From: an uncultured delta proteobacterium
GTDB lineage: Bacteria; Desulfobacterota; Desulfobacteria; Desulfobacterales; Desulfosalsimonadaceae
Direction: 5' to 3'
Length of the DNA: 64,000 nucleotides
NCBI GenBank assembly: GCA_963826785.1
Contig: CAWGYD010000005.1
Span: 32,001-96,000 of the forward strand
Both the position numbers and the translations under genes were made by a program. Position 1 is the first letter of the stretch. The number at the start of each line of letters is the position of its first letter. Under the pieces are notes generated by a model that did not search any database, was not told the origin of the DNA, and saw nothing but the letters and a program-made list of their open reading frames with translations. Shown piece by piece: positions 20,372-29,797 of this stretch.

Positions 20372-21298
20372 TTACTGCAGGTGGGATGCCAGGAACCGGG
20401 CCTGTTCAAAAACGGCTCTTTCGAAATCAGGCCCGGTATAGATGTCGAAGTGTCCGATCGGATATTGAATGAATTCGCAGTCCGGAATTTTATTGGCTGT
20501 TTTTTCGACCATTTTCGCGTCGATCAGTGAATCGTATTTCGCCGACATGAGCATGGCCGGGCAGGTGATCTTTGGCGCAGAAGCAATGGGGCGGTATGAT
20601 GCAAATTTCAGCAGGATGCGGGCGGGGCACTTGTTTTCCCACCCGGTGTTATCGGGTTTGATGGCCATCAGCCCGTCATAGGCATCGGGCGTATTCATGA
20701 TGGCAAACTCATCGGGATGTCCGACGATTTTGACATAATGGGGCGCCCGGAAGGTGGCCATCCGGGCCAGATCGCGCAGCCCATGGGGCAGTGCCTGCAA
20801 GAGGAACGCCGGCCCCAGTTTCAGGGTGGTGGAGATGGCATCCACAAACGGGACCTGGGCGACGATGGCACAAAGCCCTTTTTCTCTTGCGGCGGTGACC
20901 ATCACGTGCCCGCCGGAAAAGGAGCTTCCCCACAGGGCAATCCGCGTGGCGTCGATTTGCGTCAGGGCGCGGACATGGGAGAGCGCGGCCGTCCAGTCCT
21001 GGAGGTGCCGGGCCGGGTCCACCAGGTTCCGGGGTTCGCCGTCGCTGTCGCCGAAGGTGCGGTAATCGAACACATACACCGCCATGCCCCGGGCGGCGAA
21101 ATGCTCGGCATAGGGGGCCAGTCCGAACGATTTTTCCGCCCCGAAACCGTGGGCCATGATGATCACGGGCGGCTTTTGGACGCCGTCTGGCAGATAGAGA
21201 TCGCCGCCGCAGCGGATCTTATGGCTGATGAAATCGGATGACGTTTTTACGTAAGGGTAATCTGGAGATGAATTCATGGCAATTAACTCCACCGGCAT
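20372..21298 (-). CDS. Alpha/beta hydrolase
   Basis: IIMAHGFG, FDYRTFGDSDGEPR, nucleophile elbow GSSFSGG and GHF. Confidence 0.85.
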   Translation of the reverse strand: MPVELIAMNSSPDYPYVKTSSDFISHKIRCGGDLYLPDGVQKPPVIIMAHGFGAEKSFGLAPYAEHFAARGMAVYVFDYRTFGDSDGEPRNLVDPARHLQDWTAALSHVRALTQIDATRIALWGSSFSGGHVMVTAAREKGLCAIVAQVPFVDAISTTLKLGPAFLLQALPHGLRDLARMATFRAPHYVKIVGHPDEFAIMNTPDAYDGLMAIKPDNTGWENKCPARILLKFASYRPIASAPKITCPAMLMSAKYDSLIDAKMVEKTANKIPDCEFIQYPIGHFDIYTGPDFERAVFEQARFLASHLQ

Positions 21299-21369
21299 GC
21301 CTCCTTCAGTACCAGGCCTGAAAGAGATGGGGATCGGGATATCGGCAACTATATGGCGATCATGCCCGA

Positions 21370-24300
21370 TCAGTTCACGGCAACGATGGTTTCCGCGATT
21401 TTTTCGGCGGAAAGCCCGAACAGGTCACGCATGTTCACCCGTTCAAGAAGATTGTCATTCCAGGTGATATTGGTTTCCTGCACCAGGTTCTTAATGTGTT
21501 CATGTTTGCCGCCCAACGCCTTGACCTTGGCCTCCAGCGAAACGGCTTCATTGAATGCGATATCTAAAAGCAGCAGGTGTTCAATCGTGTTGGGCCGGTC
21601 CGGGTCATCCGAGATCAGGGGAATGACCAGGATGCTGCGGTCGTCCTTACGTCCCTTGCCGATATACACGTTTCCGCGCCGGACGATGATCTTCTTGGTC
21701 CCTTTCAGCGTCCTGTCCTGTTCCGCCCGCGACGACATGGCGGCAGATGTGCCGGTTTTCCGGACGACTTCGATCACCGTATCATCGGTGGGCTCCCCCA
21801 GCAGGTTGATGCCGGCGATATGATACAGGGTGGCCCCCTTCAGGTCTGCGATGATCCGCTGCAGGTTCTTCAATACCATGATGTTGCTGATGGTGAGCTG
21901 GTCGATGTGAAATCCGTATTCGGCCACCGCGTCGAAAAGCGGACCTTCGATCTTCTCTTCGATGCGGCTGGTCCCCACGGTCACCGTCTTGGCCTGGTGC
22001 TTGATGGCATCCACCGGCCGGGCCAGGCAGTTGATGGCCTCCCCCAGCGCCTCGAAAAATCGGGTGAACATGTTGGTGGCGGTCCCCTTGATGCCGAAAT
22101 CAAGTTCAAAATCGGCTACGGGCAGGCGGCCGGCCAGGTACTTCAGCAGCAGGATCAGGTGGGTGGCCCCCCGGATGCCGATGGTGGCGGACAATCGGTT
22201 TTCATCCTGCTGCTGCCTGAGTTCCCGGTAGAATCGGATGATCTTTTCCCGGAAAGACTCCTCCAGTGCAATTTCGAAAATATCCATGTTCTTCTCGGTA
22301 TTTTCCTGGATCAGCTGGTTGATGTCCGTACGGAAATCATAGAGGAAGCGGGAGCCCTCGTTGATGGCCAGCGCCGCATAATATCCCCACAGATGCCCCA
22401 CCAGGGTATTTAAAATCGGGGCGAAATGTTCGCTCACCGCCGGCACGTGAATGACATCGGCCGCATAAGGGGCAAACCGGTGCTCGTGCTCGTCGGCGAT
22501 GACGATGGGCAGGGCTTTGTGGGACTTGAATATGGCGGTGTCCTTGATGATATCACCGATCACGCTGCGCCGGGTGCCCGCTGCGCAGACAAAGATCAGG
22601 GGTTCCGAGGAGAGATCGATGTGTTTTTTGTCCTCCACGTAATCGGAAGAAATGGTCTTGTAGCACAGTTCGCTCAGCTTGATGCGGATTTCGTCTGCCG
22701 CCGCCTTGTTGGGACCGGACCCCACCGCCGCCCAGTACGTCCTGGCGACCGCGTGGCGGAAGGCGGATTCTTTGATCTGGCGCTTGCCGGCCAGCACGGT
22801 TTCCATATGGCCGGGCAGTTCGATCATGGTTTTGATCTCGTTTGAGATAAACCCCTGGTTTCTTCGGCCGGTCAGCTGTGCAAAAAAAAGCCCGAGCACC
22901 GCACCTGCGATAATCTGGGAATAAAACGCCTTGGTGGAGGCCACCGACATTTCGATATCCCGGCCGCTGCTGGTGTAGATGACGCCGTCCACCTTGAAGG
23001 TCAGATCCGAGTCCCGCCGGTTGACGATGGCAATTGAAAATGCGCCCCGCTTTTTGACCATGTCCACGGTCTTGTTGGTGTCGGTGGTGGTCCCCGACTG
23101 GCTGATGGGGATTAAAAGCGTGTCCGACATGTCCCCGGTTCCGTTTGGGTCCATCACGAATCCGCTCAACTCCGACGATTTCAACGACTGGATCACGACG
23201 GCCGGATCATTCAGATAATAACGCATAATGTCGCCACATGCCTGTGCCGCCACGCCGGCGGTTCCCTGGCCGATCAGCAGGATGCGCCGTATTTTGCCTG
23301 CGCAGAATGTTTCCCGGATCTTTTCCGGCACCATCTTGTCATCTAAGGTCACCGCATAGCGAAGCTCTCCGTCTTCGATGATTTTCCACCGGTTCTGAAG
23401 GGTCTTTGAAACCGATGCGGGCGATTCCGAAATTTCTTTTAAGAAATAATGATCAAAATTCTGGCGGTCGATATCCCGGGCGGTCAGCGGTGTTTCGCGG
23501 AGATCATCCCTGCTCAGGGGAAGCGGCGTGCCGTTGTACCAGGCGGCACGGATCCCTTCCAGAGATCCGCTGCAATTCTGATCGATCACAAAAATCTGGC
23601 CCCGCACGGCATTTCCGGCAGCATCCGTGTGGATTTTTTCTCCGTCCATTTTAATATATTGCGACGTCTCCTCCACCAGTCCGTACAATTCCGAGGTGGG
23701 GATGTAATGGTCTTTTGCCAGGCCCACAAAAATGGCCTGGCCGCTTCCTTTCAGGGCCAGGAAAAGTTTTCCCGGGGCAAGGTCCGTGTGCATGGAAATC
23801 GCGTGGGACCCGTCAAAATCATTCACTGCCAGCCGGAACGCTTCTTCGATGGGGTGACCCTGCTTGACATAATGTTGAATATGGACGGGAATGATTTTGG
23901 TATCCCCGGTGATTTCATCGGGGAAAACGAGGCCGTTTTGCCTGTATTTTTCTTTCAGGGACTGGAAATTGTCGATATCCCCGTTCAGGCAGACGTGAAT
24001 CGTGGCGTCTGCATCTGATGATACGGATGTGATATTGTCCAGGGGGTGGCAGTTGGCTTCGTTGATATCCCCCACCGATGCCCATCGGGTATGCGCGCAA
24101 ACCGTGTGATACTGGTGGGGCAGGCTGATGAGGAGTTGAAGGATCCGGTCCTGTCGGATCTGCTCCCGCAGGAAGGCGACGTTGTCGCCCAGCCGTCCGA
24201 TTTCAGCGGCGATTTTATAGGTCAGGGCGATGGACACCCGGCAGGCCGTGCCGTCCGCCTGCATTTTTCGATACCGGATGCTGAGGTTGGAAAGAATCTG

Positions 24301-25134
24301 ATGACCGCACCTGTCGAAAAAGGCAGCCTCAAGCCCGGATGCGCCAAGCGCCCGATAAAAGTCCGCATCTGCGGCATCATCTATGATAAACAGGAGGGAA
24401 ATGCCCGCGGAATCGCGGCCGCGGACTTCGAGCCGATCGATGCTGTTGAATACGGCATTTAGATTTTTCAGGCAGACGGCGGCCTGATGATGTAAAACCG
24501 GCTCCGGGACGCTGGACAGCGCCCGGATCTTTTCCATATTCCCGAGCAGTTCCGATAAAAGCGCCCACCGGATGTCTTTTAACGTCTCCAGGCGGCGGCT
24601 GATGGTATCCACATCGGCTGCGGCAAGCCGGCCCATGTGGACCTGCAGCAGGCTTGTCTCTTTTAAGATGACATCCTGGATGGTTTTCTCCAGGCGTTTG
24701 ATCCGCTCCTGCGCCTCAAAATCATTGATCAACTCTAAAAAAGGCTTTTTGCCCTTGAGTGCCAGGACCGCGCCGGAAACTCCGGCAATCGCGTCATTGC
24801 CGCCGAGATAATGGGTGTGGGCCGGATGGCTGTTACGGGCGCAGAATTCATACCCCATGGAAAGCAGATTTTCAATCCGGCTTTCGATTCCGGACAGGTC
24901 CGGGGTATGTCGCTCATCTTCACCCTTTTTATAATAAACAATGCCGGTAAAGCCGCAGTTGAGGATGGCCGACCCCAGGAATGGGAAAAAGATCAGCGTC
25001 TGCGGACCTGTGCTTGAAGGATGTTTTCCGAAGCAGACCCGGGTTTGCACCCATATATGCCGCAAACATTTAAGATATTTGCGTATGGATCGTTCGTGCA
25101 TCTGTTTTTCAGGTCTGTGGTGTTTCATCGTCAT
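21370..25134 (-). CDS. Oversized GlmS-like glutamine amidotransferase / 2xSIS protein (1254 aa); start uncertain
   Basis: CGFTG, RLEVRGRDSAG, HTRWAS, NCHP, NGDIDN, ISQSGTTTDT, VASTKAF, IKLSELCY, KKH and AKTVTV; large insertions and extensions. Confidence 0.85.
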   Translation of the reverse strand: MTMKHHRPEKQMHERSIRKYLKCLRHIWVQTRVCFGKHPSSTGPQTLIFFPFLGSAILNCGFTGIVYYKKGEDERHTPDLSGIESRIENLLSMGYEFCARNSHPAHTHYLGGNDAIAGVSGAVLALKGKKPFLELINDFEAQERIKRLEKTIQDVILKETSLLQVHMGRLAAADVDTISRRLETLKDIRWALLSELLGNMEKIRALSSVPEPVLHHQAAVCLKNLNAVFNSIDRLEVRGRDSAGISLLFIIDDAADADFYRALGASGLEAAFFDRCGHQILSNLSIRYRKMQADGTACRVSIALTYKIAAEIGRLGDNVAFLREQIRQDRILQLLISLPHQYHTVCAHTRWASVGDINEANCHPLDNITSVSSDADATIHVCLNGDIDNFQSLKEKYRQNGLVFPDEITGDTKIIPVHIQHYVKQGHPIEEAFRLAVNDFDGSHAISMHTDLAPGKLFLALKGSGQAIFVGLAKDHYIPTSELYGLVEETSQYIKMDGEKIHTDAAGNAVRGQIFVIDQNCSGSLEGIRAAWYNGTPLPLSRDDLRETPLTARDIDRQNFDHYFLKEISESPASVSKTLQNRWKIIEDGELRYAVTLDDKMVPEKIRETFCAGKIRRILLIGQGTAGVAAQACGDIMRYYLNDPAVVIQSLKSSELSGFVMDPNGTGDMSDTLLIPISQSGTTTDTNKTVDMVKKRGAFSIAIVNRRDSDLTFKVDGVIYTSSGRDIEMSVASTKAFYSQIIAGAVLGLFFAQLTGRRNQGFISNEIKTMIELPGHMETVLAGKRQIKESAFRHAVARTYWAAVGSGPNKAAADEIRIKLSELCYKTISSDYVEDKKHIDLSSEPLIFVCAAGTRRSVIGDIIKDTAIFKSHKALPIVIADEHEHRFAPYAADVIHVPAVSEHFAPILNTLVGHLWGYYAALAINEGSRFLYDFRTDINQLIQENTEKNMDIFEIALEESFREKIIRFYRELRQQQDENRLSATIGIRGATHLILLLKYLAGRLPVADFELDFGIKGTATNMFTRFFEALGEAINCLARPVDAIKHQAKTVTVGTSRIEEKIEGPLFDAVAEYGFHIDQLTISNIMVLKNLQRIIADLKGATLYHIAGINLLGEPTDDTVIEVVRKTGTSAAMSSRAEQDRTLKGTKKIIVRRGNVYIGKGRKDDRSILVIPLISDDPDRPNTIEHLLLLDIAFNEAVSLEAKVKALGGKHEHIKNLVQETNITWNDNLLERVNMRDLFGLSAEKIAETIVAVN

Positions 25135-26464
25135 TGGTTTTAAAATACCTTTCGATTACCATCCGTGCGTATTGGGCGGACCGGGTGCCGATGTAGTCCT
25201 GATGCACCACCAGTGTGCAGAGCGCGATTTTGCGGACTCCGTTTTTGTCTTCGGCAAACCCCGCAAACCAGTCATATTTAAGATGGCGCATGTTGTTGTT
25301 GATGGAGCCGGTCTTCCCCCCGATAATGAGTTTGGACCAGATTTTATCAGACTTCAAGGGCTTGAACGACCGGGCGGCGGTCCCGGAAATCACCGTGGCC
25401 TGAAGCAGTTCCTTCAATGTGGCGGCGGTGCAGTTCTCCACCGCCTGAAAACAGAATTCCGGCTGCTGTTCATACAGCATCCGGCCGCCGGCAGTGGTGA
25501 CCCGGTCGATAACCGTGGGTGCGACGAATGCCCCCTCGTTTAATATGGCGGAAATGATCAGTGCGCCGTGAAGCGGGGAGATCCGGGTCCGGTGATTGAA
25601 CCCGCTGGCCACCTCGGCCCAGTTGTATGGATTTTCATCGACGGCCATCTGGCTGGCCGCCATGGGGATTTCGAAGTCGAACTCCCGGTTGAATCCGAAA
25701 GCGGCCGCATAGGTTTCAAGGGTGGATTTACCCAATACATGATAGCCGATTTTTCCAAAGACCGGGTTGACCGAATCGGCAAATGATTCTTCAAATGTCA
25801 TGGTGGAGGTATATTTGTTGATCTGATCCGACAGCTGACGTTTATAAAGCGTGTACTTGTTGCCGTTGAATTCAACCGGCGTGTTGCAATTGTAGCTGTT
25901 TTTTTCCACGGCGGCCGCCGCGGTCACGATCTTGAACAGGCTGGCGGCCGGAAAATCAGCAATTGAACAGGTGTTTTGACAAGCCCCGCTCCGGTCGAAG
26001 CTGACCATGCAGATGAGCCTGCCGGTGTCCGGTTCCATGGCCACCAGCCCAAAGTACAGGCTGTTTTTTTGATCAACGTGATCGGTTACATATTGCTGCA
26101 GGTCGGGATCGATGCTCCATTCGATGGTATAGGTTTTCCCGCCGGTATTCAACATTGTTTCAGCGGAATCAATCCGGTCGGGGGGCATCCATCGGAGAAT
26201 GCGCTGCCGGGCACGCTTGTCAACGGCTTTGATTTTATCGGGAAAGATTAGAGAGTACTGTTTGAACGGCACTTCGAGGCTCCGGTCCAGCAGCCGGAAT
26301 ACGGAATGGATCGCCAGCAGCAGGATCGCCAGGAGCAGAATGTAGCCGGGTAGCCGTCTTACGGCCCTGTAGGCATCGTCCTTTTTCTGCAGCCGGGACT
26401 GGTAGGTCTTCCATTTTTTGGCGGCACTTTTCCTGCCCTGTTGAAAAACCGGCCGTTTACCCAT
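25109..26464 (-). CDS. Penicillin-binding protein, transpeptidase domain (class B-like, single TM)
   Basis: SxxK (SLFK), SxN (SVN) and KTG motifs; N-terminal TM helix. Confidence 0.85.
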   Translation of the reverse strand: MGKRPVFQQGRKSAAKKWKTYQSRLQKKDDAYRAVRRLPGYILLLAILLLAIHSVFRLLDRSLEVPFKQYSLIFPDKIKAVDKRARQRILRWMPPDRIDSAETMLNTGGKTYTIEWSIDPDLQQYVTDHVDQKNSLYFGLVAMEPDTGRLICMVSFDRSGACQNTCSIADFPAASLFKIVTAAAAVEKNSYNCNTPVEFNGNKYTLYKRQLSDQINKYTSTMTFEESFADSVNPVFGKIGYHVLGKSTLETYAAAFGFNREFDFEIPMAASQMAVDENPYNWAEVASGFNHRTRISPLHGALIISAILNEGAFVAPTVIDRVTTAGGRMLYEQQPEFCFQAVENCTAATLKELLQATVISGTAARSFKPLKSDKIWSKLIIGGKTGSINNNMRHLKYDWFAGFAEDKNGVRKIALCTLVVHQDYIGTRSAQYARMVIERYFKTNDDETPQT

Positions 26465-26650
26465 TTATGAATATTTACGGTCCATCAATATTAATCCAAT
26501 ATACTTAACTTCAGCCCATAACGGTGTCAAACCGTTTTTCAGCGGAAACGGATGGGACAGTGAATCCCCGAAACCGTATCGTGAGAGAGTGAGCAGATAA
26601 AATCGTGGGTTGTCTCTTTATTCCGGTTTTTTAACGAAGAAGTGATGATG

Positions 26651-27508
26651 TTATTCAAGATCAGAAAGAAGGTTTTTTGCCTGATCCTGCCAGTATTTAT
26701 TCTTCGAAATTTTTGGCACTTCCTCTAAAAGTGCTTTTGCCTCATCTCTGGTCTTGCTGTCCTCCATCAGCAGTTCGGCATAGTATACATTAAATTGTAC
26801 CGTATACGGGCGCCCGAAAAATTTTGTTTTATGAAATTCACGATAATACTTCATTGCCAGTTTTTTATCTTTTAAAGGCCACGGGAGAACCGCCCAGAAC
26901 CTTCCCAGCGCTGCGATGGGGCCGCCATGCTCGTAATATTTGTCATATTGGTAAGATGTTTCAAAACTTTGCTGGACCTTACCCTTTAACCCCTCCAAAA
27001 TTGCGGTCAGCATGCTCACCGAGTCTGTATAAATGCCGGCATTCATACCATACCAGAAATGTCCCTCAACTTTTTCCGGATTCAATGCAATGGCCTTTTC
27101 AGCGTATGTCATCCCCATTTTTCCGTATAGCCGGCAGGTGTCTTTCCAGTCGGGAAGATACAACTCCTTCGTGTACATTCCATAAAACCAGCAAGTCTTC
27201 GCAGCCATCCAGTTTGCCTCGAAACTGTCGGGGTCTTTTTTCAAGCCTTCCAGGCAATAATCAAGCGCCTTTTTGGAGTTTTTCAATCCCTCCTTTTCCA
27301 TGAGCTCCTGCTCCTGGATTATTTCCATGAGTTTTTGCGCCTTGATCAAAACATCAGGCGTTTCATGAGACGCTGAGTCGGTGGTGACTGGCTGCATGGC
27401 TTGATTTTTGGGATCAGACTGTGGCAAAATATCCTCGGCCCATATGCCTGGGCAATTGAGCAAGACGCACAGTAAAACAAAGTAAAAACATATATCAAGT
27501 GCTTTCAT
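26651..27508 (-). CDS. Exported TPR-like helical protein, function unknown
   Basis: Hydrophobic signal-like N-terminus; AEKAIALNPEKVEGHFWYG and GGPIAALGRFWAVLPWP. Divergent from the lipid operon. Confidence 0.65.
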   Translation of the reverse strand: MKALDICFYFVLLCVLLNCPGIWAEDILPQSDPKNQAMQPVTTDSASHETPDVLIKAQKLMEIIQEQELMEKEGLKNSKKALDYCLEGLKKDPDSFEANWMAAKTCWFYGMYTKELYLPDWKDTCRLYGKMGMTYAEKAIALNPEKVEGHFWYGMNAGIYTDSVSMLTAILEGLKGKVQQSFETSYQYDKYYEHGGPIAALGRFWAVLPWPLKDKKLAMKYYREFHKTKFFGRPYTVQFNVYYAELLMEDSKTRDEAKALLEEVPKISKNKYWQDQAKNLLSDLE

Positions 27509-27796
27509 TATTTATCAGCTGGACCTTTTTTCGGTTATGTGGGTGATGGCTTTTTTCGCTTGTGTTTATCCGTAAATGAGATATTTTGCTCAAGTTGTGG
27601 ATGGACACTGACTTGATATTCATGCCAGCTTTCAAAAGTCCTGTCAATTAAACCTTCTCATTTACTATAAAATATATGGTTATTGATAAATCAACAATGT
27701 TTTAAAATTCAGAAAATACTAGTTTTCAACTAGCATTAACCTGCCATAATTTCAGTTATTCATATTTATTAAGAATTGATAATTACAAAATGAATT

Positions 27797-27934
27797 ATTG
27801 ATGAACCCGCAAAAAGTCGGATTTTACGGTTTCGTCATTCCGGCGGAGGCCGGAATCTACTACAAACTAAGTTGGTTATAGACTCCGGTTTTCACCGGAG
27901 TGACGAACTTCGGACTTTTTACGGGGTCATCAAT
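27797..27934. mobile_element. MITE/REP-like element (138 bp) with 22-bp terminal inverted repeats
   Basis: ATTGATGAACCCGCAAAAAGTC vs GACTTTTTACGGGGTCATCAAT (20/22 complementary); internal hairpins ATTCCGGC-GGAG-GCCGGAAT and ACTCCGGT..ACCGGAGT. Confidence 0.7.
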
Positions 27935-28049
27935 TATTGGTTCAGCAATAAACCGTGTTCATCACTACATATCTACTACAAACTAAGTTGGTTATAGACT
28001 CCGGTTTTCACCGGAGTGACGAACTTTGGACTTTTTACGGGTTCATCAA
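27855..28049. repeat. 79-bp direct repeat (27855-27933 and 27971-28049)
   Basis: 77/79 identical; the second copy is the right part of the MITE-like element. Confidence 0.9.
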
Positions 28050-28075
28050 ACTTAAACACATCAGGAAAGCAGATC

Positions 28076-28732
28076 ATGAAAGATAGATACTCAATTGTTG
28101 GGCCTTTTTATGACCTTATGTCAATCGTTTACAGCTTCAATCAAATAGACAGATGCAAAATCGCCATGCTTGACCGGATCAAGCCCGACAGCAAAGTTCT
28201 GTTCGCCGGCGTGGGGCACGGCATTGATGCAATAGCAGCCGCTGAACTCGGTGCAAAGGTGACGGTTGTTGATTTGTCGGCGACAATGCTGGAAAGATTC
28301 AACAAGAGAATCGGAAACAAAACATTTACAAATCCGATCCGGCAGCTTCATCAGAATATCCTTGAGACAGATGAATTCGAAACGTACGACATGGTGTTTG
28401 CTCACTTCTTTCTCAATGTGTTTTCAGAAAAAATGATGATCGAAGTTCTTGGCCACCTGACCAAGCTTGCGAAGAAGGAAGGATTCGTAGTGGTGGGTGA
28501 TTTCACACCACCCAAAGGGAATTGGATCGCCAGATTTTTTCAAATTCTTTACTGGCGCATGGCGGATCTGTTTTTCTGGATGGCCACTAAAAATGCACTT
28601 CACCCCGTATATGATTATCAAAAGCACATGCAGGATCTCGGTCTCAAAATAAAAACCGTAAAATATTTCAGAATGCTTTTTGATGAACGGTACTATTCCA
28701 TACTGGGACAGAAAGCGCCACTCACTCAATAA
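28076..28732 (+). CDS. Class I SAM-dependent methyltransferase
   Basis: VLFAGVGHG, VVDLSATML, YDMVFAHFFLNVF and VVGDF. ATG at 28076; the track's upstream start lies inside the repeat. Confidence 0.85.
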   Translation: MKDRYSIVGPFYDLMSIVYSFNQIDRCKIAMLDRIKPDSKVLFAGVGHGIDAIAAAELGAKVTVVDLSATMLERFNKRIGNKTFTNPIRQLHQNILETDEFETYDMVFAHFFLNVFSEKMMIEVLGHLTKLAKKEGFVVVGDFTPPKGNWIARFFQILYWRMADLFFWMATKNALHPVYDYQKHMQDLGLKIKTVKYFRMLFDERYYSILGQKAPLTQ

Positions 28733-28768
28733 AAGATTATCAACGATACTGATATCGCTCATAAGACA

Positions 28769-29761
28769 ATGATATTACTACTTCCCACGTCAAAAAGCAC
28801 CAGCCGGTTCTCTCTTGAAGAGAGAATGTCATACCTTAAGGAATACGGCAGTCACTGCATGGCTTTTTCATTGCTTCAGCCGGGAATAGGATACTTTGAT
28901 GTTCCGGGAAAAGGATTTATCGCATATGAGGAAAAATGGGGTCGGCGGGCGGTATTAGCCGAACCGGTGTGTCATAAAAGCGATCAGCAAACACTCCTTG
29001 GCGAATTCCTGAAAAAGGGCGCACCTGCGGGGTTTGCCCAGGTATCTGAACCCGTTGCCCGACTCCTGCATGAGGAATTTGGTTTTTTTGCGACTCAATT
29101 CGGTATTGAATCGATCATCGATTTGCAAAACTGGGACCTCAAGGGCAAAAAAAAGCAGATCCTGCGGACATCGGTTAATCAAGCCAGGAAAAAGGGAATA
29201 TCCATCCAGGAAAATTATGATGAAAAAAGACACCATCAACTTACAGGGGAATGGCGTCAGACAAGGAAAGTGAAAAGCAGAGAAATCAGATTCCTCATCA
29301 GACCCATGAAGATGGATTGCGAGGATTCAACGAGAAAATTTTTCGCTTATCAGGGCGATGAACTCATTGGACTGATATTCTTCGATCCGGTCTACTCAAA
29401 CGGTAAAATTATCAGCTATGTTCCAAATATATCAAGATTCAGCCCGTTATTCAGGCAGGGGATCTTCTATACCATCATGATTCACGCCATGGATATTTTC
29501 AAAAAGGAAGGGGTCGAGCAGATACATCTGGGGCTTTCCGCATTTGCAGTTGATGACGCGAATCAGTATTATGAAACGGTGATACCCAAAAAACTGGTCC
29601 GGTTTTTATATGAATATGGCAATGGGATTTACAGTTTTAAAGGCATTCATTTTACAAAATCGCGATTCAGTGGAAAAGAGTACCCGACGTTTTGTTCTCA
29701 TAAAGGCAAATTCCCGGTCAGGGAAATTATCACCCTGTTTAAAATTTCAAACTTTTTTTAG
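28769..29761 (+). CDS. Stand-alone DUF2156 / LPG-synthase C-terminal (GNAT-like aminoacyl-tRNA transferase) protein
   Basis: AEPVC, GIESIIDLQNWDLKGKKKQILRTSVNQARKKG, IHLGLS and YSFKGIHFTKSRF resemble the MprF catalytic domain; no membrane domain. Confidence 0.75.
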   Translation: MILLLPTSKSTSRFSLEERMSYLKEYGSHCMAFSLLQPGIGYFDVPGKGFIAYEEKWGRRAVLAEPVCHKSDQQTLLGEFLKKGAPAGFAQVSEPVARLLHEEFGFFATQFGIESIIDLQNWDLKGKKKQILRTSVNQARKKGISIQENYDEKRHHQLTGEWRQTRKVKSREIRFLIRPMKMDCEDSTRKFFAYQGDELIGLIFFDPVYSNGKIISYVPNISRFSPLFRQGIFYTIMIHAMDIFKKEGVEQIHLGLSAFAVDDANQYYETVIPKKLVRFLYEYGNGIYSFKGIHFTKSRFSGKEYPTFCSHKGKFPVREIITLFKISNFF

Positions 29762-29797
29762 CGGCCATTCATGAGCCTTAATTTCAGGAGATAGATT

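Noticed and set aside
26465..26650. att site, tRNA or integrase at the island edges (also near 50200)
   Set aside because: No tRNA-like fold, recombinase gene or matching direct repeat was found by eye.
27855..28049. Two repeats with a 37-bp gap as a mini-CRISPR
   Set aside because: The repeat is 79 bp, too long, and is part of a TIR-bounded element.
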